Of a stretch of 64,000 nucleotides of DNA, positions 60,060-64,000 are shown piece by piece (the stretch's first letter is position 1; each line of letters begins with the position of its first letter). The position numbers and the translations under genes are program-made. The notes under the pieces were generated by a model. The model was given only the letters and a program-made list of their open reading frames with translations, was not told where the DNA came from and did not search any database. This DNA comes from Candidatus Multivorans sp. (GTDB taxonomy: Bacteria; Acidobacteriota; Thermoanaerobaculia; Multivoradales; Multivoraceae): positions 3,872,001-3,936,000 of the forward strand of contig OZ245033.1 in NCBI GenBank assembly GCA_965224025.1, in the 5' to 3' direction.

Positions 60060-62402
60060 CTATACGTCCGCGGTCCGGCTCAGAACCAGAGCGTGCGCGT
60101 CGTCGACACGCAGATCCCAGCCCGGCTCCACTACCGTGATGCTGTGCCGCTCCTGCACCAGGCAGGGACCGCTCCGCTCGAAACCGGGAGCGAGGTCTTC
60201 GCGGACCAACAGCTCGGCAGCCTTCCAAGGGTCGAACCAGGCCCGGCGGCGCCCGGTCCCCCGTTCCGCCGCTCGCTCCTCCCGGCCACGGTCTAGTCGC
60301 CCCGCTGCCGGAGCGGTAGAGGCCAGGACCCGAATCGACTCGACTTCGATCGGGTGCTCGGGCGGCGGATAGCCGTAGACCGCCCGGTAGCGCTCGGCAA
60401 AGAGCGACGCGATGGCCCCGGTCGAGCGCGCGTGTGCCGCGGAGGCCAACTCGACTTCCAGCGCCGTTTCCTGCCCTTGCAATCGCAGCCGGACGATCCG
60501 CCGACGCACCGCGGCGCCCTCGAGGTTCGCCCCGCGTTCGCTCACGAGCGCCGCCAAAGCCTCCTGCTCGAGCTTCTCGACCAGCGGACCGGCCGCAACG
60601 GCGTCCAGAGGCGCCAGCACCTGCCGGTGTGCGAAACGCTCCAGGACCGCGTGCCCCAAACCGACCGCACTCAGCAGGGACGTATCGACCGGCACGATCA
60701 CCGTGCGCATTCCCAGCTCCGACGCGATCGCGCAGGCGTGCTGGCCGCCGGCGCCGCCGAAACTGACCAGGGCGTAGTCCGCAGGGTCGTAGCCGCGCGA
60801 GATGGAGATGCGCCGAATCGCGTCCGCCATGCGCTCGTTGGCGACCTGCAGGAAGCCCCCCAGCAACTGTTCCTCCGAGCCCGCCAGACCGCTGAGCGCC
60901 TCCGCCGACCGGCGCTCGGCCGCGGCGGCATCGATGGGCAGGCCGAAGGCCGCCGGATCGATGCGGCCGAGCAGGAGGTTCACGTCCGTGATGGTCAGCG
61001 GTCCGCCGGCGCCGTAACAGGCCGGCCCCGGCCGCGCTCCGGCGCTCTCGGGCCCGACCTTGAGCTGGCCGTGATCGACACCGCAGATCGAGCCGCCGCC
61101 CGCGGCCACCGTCTCGATCGCCAGTGCCGGCGCCACCACGGTCGCGTCGCCGACGCGGAACTCGAAGTTGTACTCGAAGTCGCCGTCGTAGCGGGAGACA
61201 TCCGTGCTCGTGCCGCCCATGTCGAAGCCGATGATCCGCTCCATGCCGCTCGCGCGGCCCGCCGCCGCCGCTCCCACCACGCCGCCGGCCGGACCCGAGA
61301 GCAGGCTGTCCTTGGGCCGGTAACTGGCGAAGCTCGCCAGACCGCCGGCACTGGTCATCACCCGCGGGGCAACACCCCTGGCGCCGACCTTCGAGCCGCC
61401 CGAGAGCGCGGCGCCCGTGGTTTCGAGGTACTCGCCGACGGCGCGCCCGAGATAGGCGTCGACGACCGCGGTGTGCGCCCGCGGCACGATCTTGATCAGG
61501 GGCGCCAGTTCCGCGGAGCACGAGACGGTCTCGAAACCGGCACACCTAAGGATTCGCTCGGTGCGCCGTTCGTGGACCGGGTTCCGGTAGCTGTGCATCA
61601 GAGCCACGGCCGCGGCCCGAAAGCCCTCGCCGACCAGCGCCCGCGCGGCCGTCCGCAACCCATCCTCGTCGAGCGGCAACAGCTCGCGTCCCTCCGCGTC
61701 GAGGCGGCCGCCGACCTCGACCGCGCGTTCGTACAGGGGCGCGGGACGCTCGATGTTGAGCGCGAAGATGTCCGGCCGCGCCTGGTCTCCGATCAGGAGC
61801 AGATCGGCGAAGCCCTCGGTGACGAACAGCACCGTCCGCGAGCCGGCCCTCTCAAGCAGGGCGTTCGTTCCCCGAGTCGTCGCGAGCCGGAGGTCGCAAG
61901 CCGGCAACGGCTCGCCCAACGCCGTTCCGGTGGCGATGCGCGCCGCGAGGATGGGCGCGTTCTCGGGCGAGACGAGCTCCACGACCAGCTCGGGGCCGAA
62001 ACCGCTCCCGTTCCATCCGAGCGCTCGATGAGGAGCGCTCGGACAGGTTCGCGGGTGGCGCGGATTCGCGCCACCCGGGTTCCCGCTGCCTTCACTCTCC
62101 ACCAACCGGCAGGAACCGTCGGCCGCCCACTCCTCGACCTGCACCGGAGCGCCGCCGGCAAGCGGTATCAGCCCGTAGCCCTCGAAGAAGCCGCCGGGCA
62201 CATCGAACGGTGTCTCCAGCCGCAGGTCGTCCACGCCGTTGGACACGACCCTCGCCCGCACCGCTCCGGAACTCAGGACCTTGACGCGCTGAACGGACCC
62301 GCCCGGGTCGATCGCTATGCAGTCGGTGAACGTACCGCCGGTATCGATCCAGAGCTGCCACAGGGATGAGGAGGAGCAGCGCTCCCCCGCAGAAGTCATC
62401 AT
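60060..62402 (-). CDS. Hydantoinase/oxoprolinase A-type subunit
   Basis: IDTGGTFTD, TTRGTNALLER, SGPAGG, DMGGTSTD, GPESAGARPGPACYG, FGGAGGQH. Confidence 0.9.
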   Translation of the reverse strand: MMTSAGERCSSSSLWQLWIDTGGTFTDCIAIDPGGSVQRVKVLSSGAVRARVVSNGVDDLRLETPFDVPGGFFEGYGLIPLAGGAPVQVEEWAADGSCRLVESEGSGNPGGANPRHPRTCPSAPHRALGWNGSGFGPELVVELVSPENAPILAARIATGTALGEPLPACDLRLATTRGTNALLERAGSRTVLFVTEGFADLLLIGDQARPDIFALNIERPAPLYERAVEVGGRLDAEGRELLPLDEDGLRTAARALVGEGFRAAAVALMHSYRNPVHERRTERILRCAGFETVSCSAELAPLIKIVPRAHTAVVDAYLGRAVGEYLETTGAALSGGSKVGARGVAPRVMTSAGGLASFASYRPKDSLLSGPAGGVVGAAAAGRASGMERIIGFDMGGTSTDVSRYDGDFEYNFEFRVGDATVVAPALAIETVAAGGGSICGVDHGQLKVGPESAGARPGPACYGAGGPLTITDVNLLLGRIDPAAFGLPIDAAAAERRSAEALSGLAGSEEQLLGGFLQVANERMADAIRRISISRGYDPADYALVSFGGAGGQHACAIASELGMRTVIVPVDTSLLSAVGLGHAVLERFAHRQVLAPLDAVAAGPLVEKLEQEALAALVSERGANLEGAAVRRRIVRLRLQGQETALEVELASAAHARSTGAIASLFAERYRAVYGYPPPEHPIEVESIRVLASTAPAAGRLDRGREERAAERGTGRRRAWFDPWKAAELLVREDLAPGFERSGPCLVQERHSITVVEPGWDLRVDDAHALVLSRTADV
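62000..62084 (+). repeat. REP-like element copy 4 (hairpins 2+3), in frame inside hydantoinase gene
   Basis: AACCGCTCCCG start shared with copy 1; encodes GNPGGANPRHPRTCPSAPHRALGWNGSG on the minus strand. Confidence 0.85.
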
Positions 62403-62462
62403 GACCGAACTCCACTCGGGCGGGGCACGTCGGAATCCGGTGGCAAACGGCCCGGCAGCCGC

Positions 62463-63623
62463 TCAGGCACCCGCCAGCAGGCGGACCAGGCGATCGATCC
62501 GCTGGCCGCCGTCCGGCTGCAAGCGCTGCGCGCGGCGAAGGAGCTTCTCGGCCGCCCGCCGCTCGCCCCGCCGCAGCAGCACCTCGCCGAGGGCGGCCGC
62601 CGGCGCCGCCTCGTCGGGCCCGAGCCGCCGGGCCCTGTTGTAGAAGCGCTCCGCCTCGTCCAGCCGACCGTAACGCAGACTCAGGTCGCCCAGGGCGATG
62701 TACGTGAACGGGTTGCGGTTGCGTGTCGTCGCCGTCAACCGGAGCAACTCCTCGGCCTCGGCGGTGCGCCCGTTCATCCGCAACAGGACCGCGAGGTTGG
62801 CGAGCGCCGAACTGGCGCCCGGGTCGATCTCGAGCGCCCGCCGGTAGCTCCCCTCGGCCGCGTCGCCGCGGCCGCTCCGCCGCTGGGCCACGCCCAGGTT
62901 GACCCAGGCCGAGGCGAGTTCGGGATCGATCCGCACCGCGTCCTCGAGCCAGGCCACGGCTTCGTCGAGCCGCTCCGCACGGAGCGCCTCGGCGCCACGG
63001 TTCGAGTAGAAGAGCGCGGTGGCCGTCAGGTCACTGATCGGATTCACCCGCCAACCTTCCTCTTCCTGACGGCGCCCGAAGTCGATCACTCTCATCGTGT
63101 GCCGCGGTCCCAATCCCACGGCGACATGGTCCGATATGACGATCAGGTCCCCGGAGCGCTCGAAGCTCTCGACGTGCGCCACTTCGACGAAGTACGCCGC
63201 CAGATCCAGTTCGCGCGCGAGCCCCACGAACATCTGGGTGAAGGCCAGGCAGTTGGCTGTCCGGTTCTCGAACACCTCCACCGCAGAGCCCGTGCGTCCG
63301 GCCTCGTACTCCACGCCGAGCAGGGAGGTGTCCATCACCAGTTCGATCAGGCGGTCGAGGCGCGCCTCTCTCAGCGTCTCGGCGACCGAGCCGCGAGCCC
63401 ACGCCGCCATCTCCTCGTTCAGCGCGAACGGCACCACGACACGGCTGACGCCACGCCGCTCCAATTCGCGCCGAAGCGCGCCTTCGCCGGTTTCCCGCAC
63501 ACCGGTCGAGGCGCAGCCCAGAGCCAACGCAGCGAGGGCCGCCGCCATAGCCGGACGATTCAGCCGGCGGCGCCCGACCCGCGGTTCGATGTCCCCCGTC
63601 GTCACAGCGGCGATACCCTCCAT
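62463..63623 (-). CDS. Transglutaminase-like domain + TPR lipoprotein (start uncertain)
   Basis: Lipobox ALGC; ANCLAF, DHV, IDF putative Cys-His-Asp triad; several TPRs (AWVNLG, ALANLA, YIALG). Confidence 0.8.
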   Translation of the reverse strand: MEGIAAVTTGDIEPRVGRRRLNRPAMAAALAALALGCASTGVRETGEGALRRELERRGVSRVVVPFALNEEMAAWARGSVAETLREARLDRLIELVMDTSLLGVEYEAGRTGSAVEVFENRTANCLAFTQMFVGLARELDLAAYFVEVAHVESFERSGDLIVISDHVAVGLGPRHTMRVIDFGRRQEEEGWRVNPISDLTATALFYSNRGAEALRAERLDEAVAWLEDAVRIDPELASAWVNLGVAQRRSGRGDAAEGSYRRALEIDPGASSALANLAVLLRMNGRTAEAEELLRLTATTRNRNPFTYIALGDLSLRYGRLDEAERFYNRARRLGPDEAAPAAALGEVLLRRGERRAAEKLLRRAQRLQPDGGQRIDRLVRLLAGA

Positions 63624-63749
63624 CGGCGCCCCTTCCATCTTAGCGCCCTAAAGGCCTCAACTCACCCGATCGCCGGATGATTCCCGGAGGACCGAACGGC
63701 GGCCGGCGTCTTACCGAAGCGCCGGCTATGGATGGACGCCTGCCGCGAT

Positions 63750-64000
63750 TCAGGAGTCGGCGTGTCGCGCCTTGAACGCCCGCCGCCGCAGGAGCCGGGC
63801 GCTGACCATGGCCACCAGCAGCAGCACGGCGGCCAGAGCGAGCACGGGCATCGTGATCGCCACGAATGACAGTCCTGCCGCCGCCCCAGCCTCTCCGGTC
63901 GACACCACCGGATTGCCGATCCCGGCCGTCATCATGGTCGAGGCGCCCCGCAGCAGCGTTGTCCCCGTCTGGACCACCGCCGCCGCCGCGCCGCCCGCCA
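63750..64000 (-). CDS. DUF4126-like membrane protein (partial, 3' end)
   Basis: RGASTMMTAGIGNPVVSTGE motif followed by TM helices. Confidence 0.7.
   Translation of the reverse strand, partial: AGGAAAAVVQTGTTLLRGASTMMTAGIGNPVVSTGEAGAAAGLSFVAITMPVLALAAVLLLVAMVSARLLRRRAFKARHADS

Overview
High-GC bacterial genomic window, probably Acidobacteriota (inferred from the acidobacterial VWA protein and the many secreted peptidases and carboxypeptidase-regulatory-domain proteins) and plausibly host-associated. The core-like backbone holds M20 amidohydrolases, a Zn metalloprotease, a long ICL2-type isocitrate lyase, a ThDP decarboxylase, a Tat-exported Mo-hydroxylase (S-L-M) plus cytochrome b, a haloalkane dehalogenase, a form-II CoxSL-like pair, an ADH, GGT, an M16 peptidase, an RND efflux triad and a hydantoinase A. 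Accessory islets interrupt it: a Menshen-like three-gene defence locus whose DUF262 protein carries an extra N-terminal module, a sacsin-like GHKL ATPase-DUF3883 gene split by an intact IS630, three intact TA pairs plus TA debris, a decayed helicase IV, and two tandem ~1050-aa secreted paralogues. The most notable observations are (1) a ~100-bp three-hairpin repeat in five copies that shows compensatory base changes, three copies of which are translated in frame inside proteins; (2) the extended Menshen-like system; and (3) a BchD/BchI-like pair of MoxR ATPases with non-canonical Walker B motifs. Five single-base frameshifts in homopolymers look like long-read errors. No rRNA, tRNA or CRISPR array was seen. 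All family assignments come from motif recognition by eye, not database searches.
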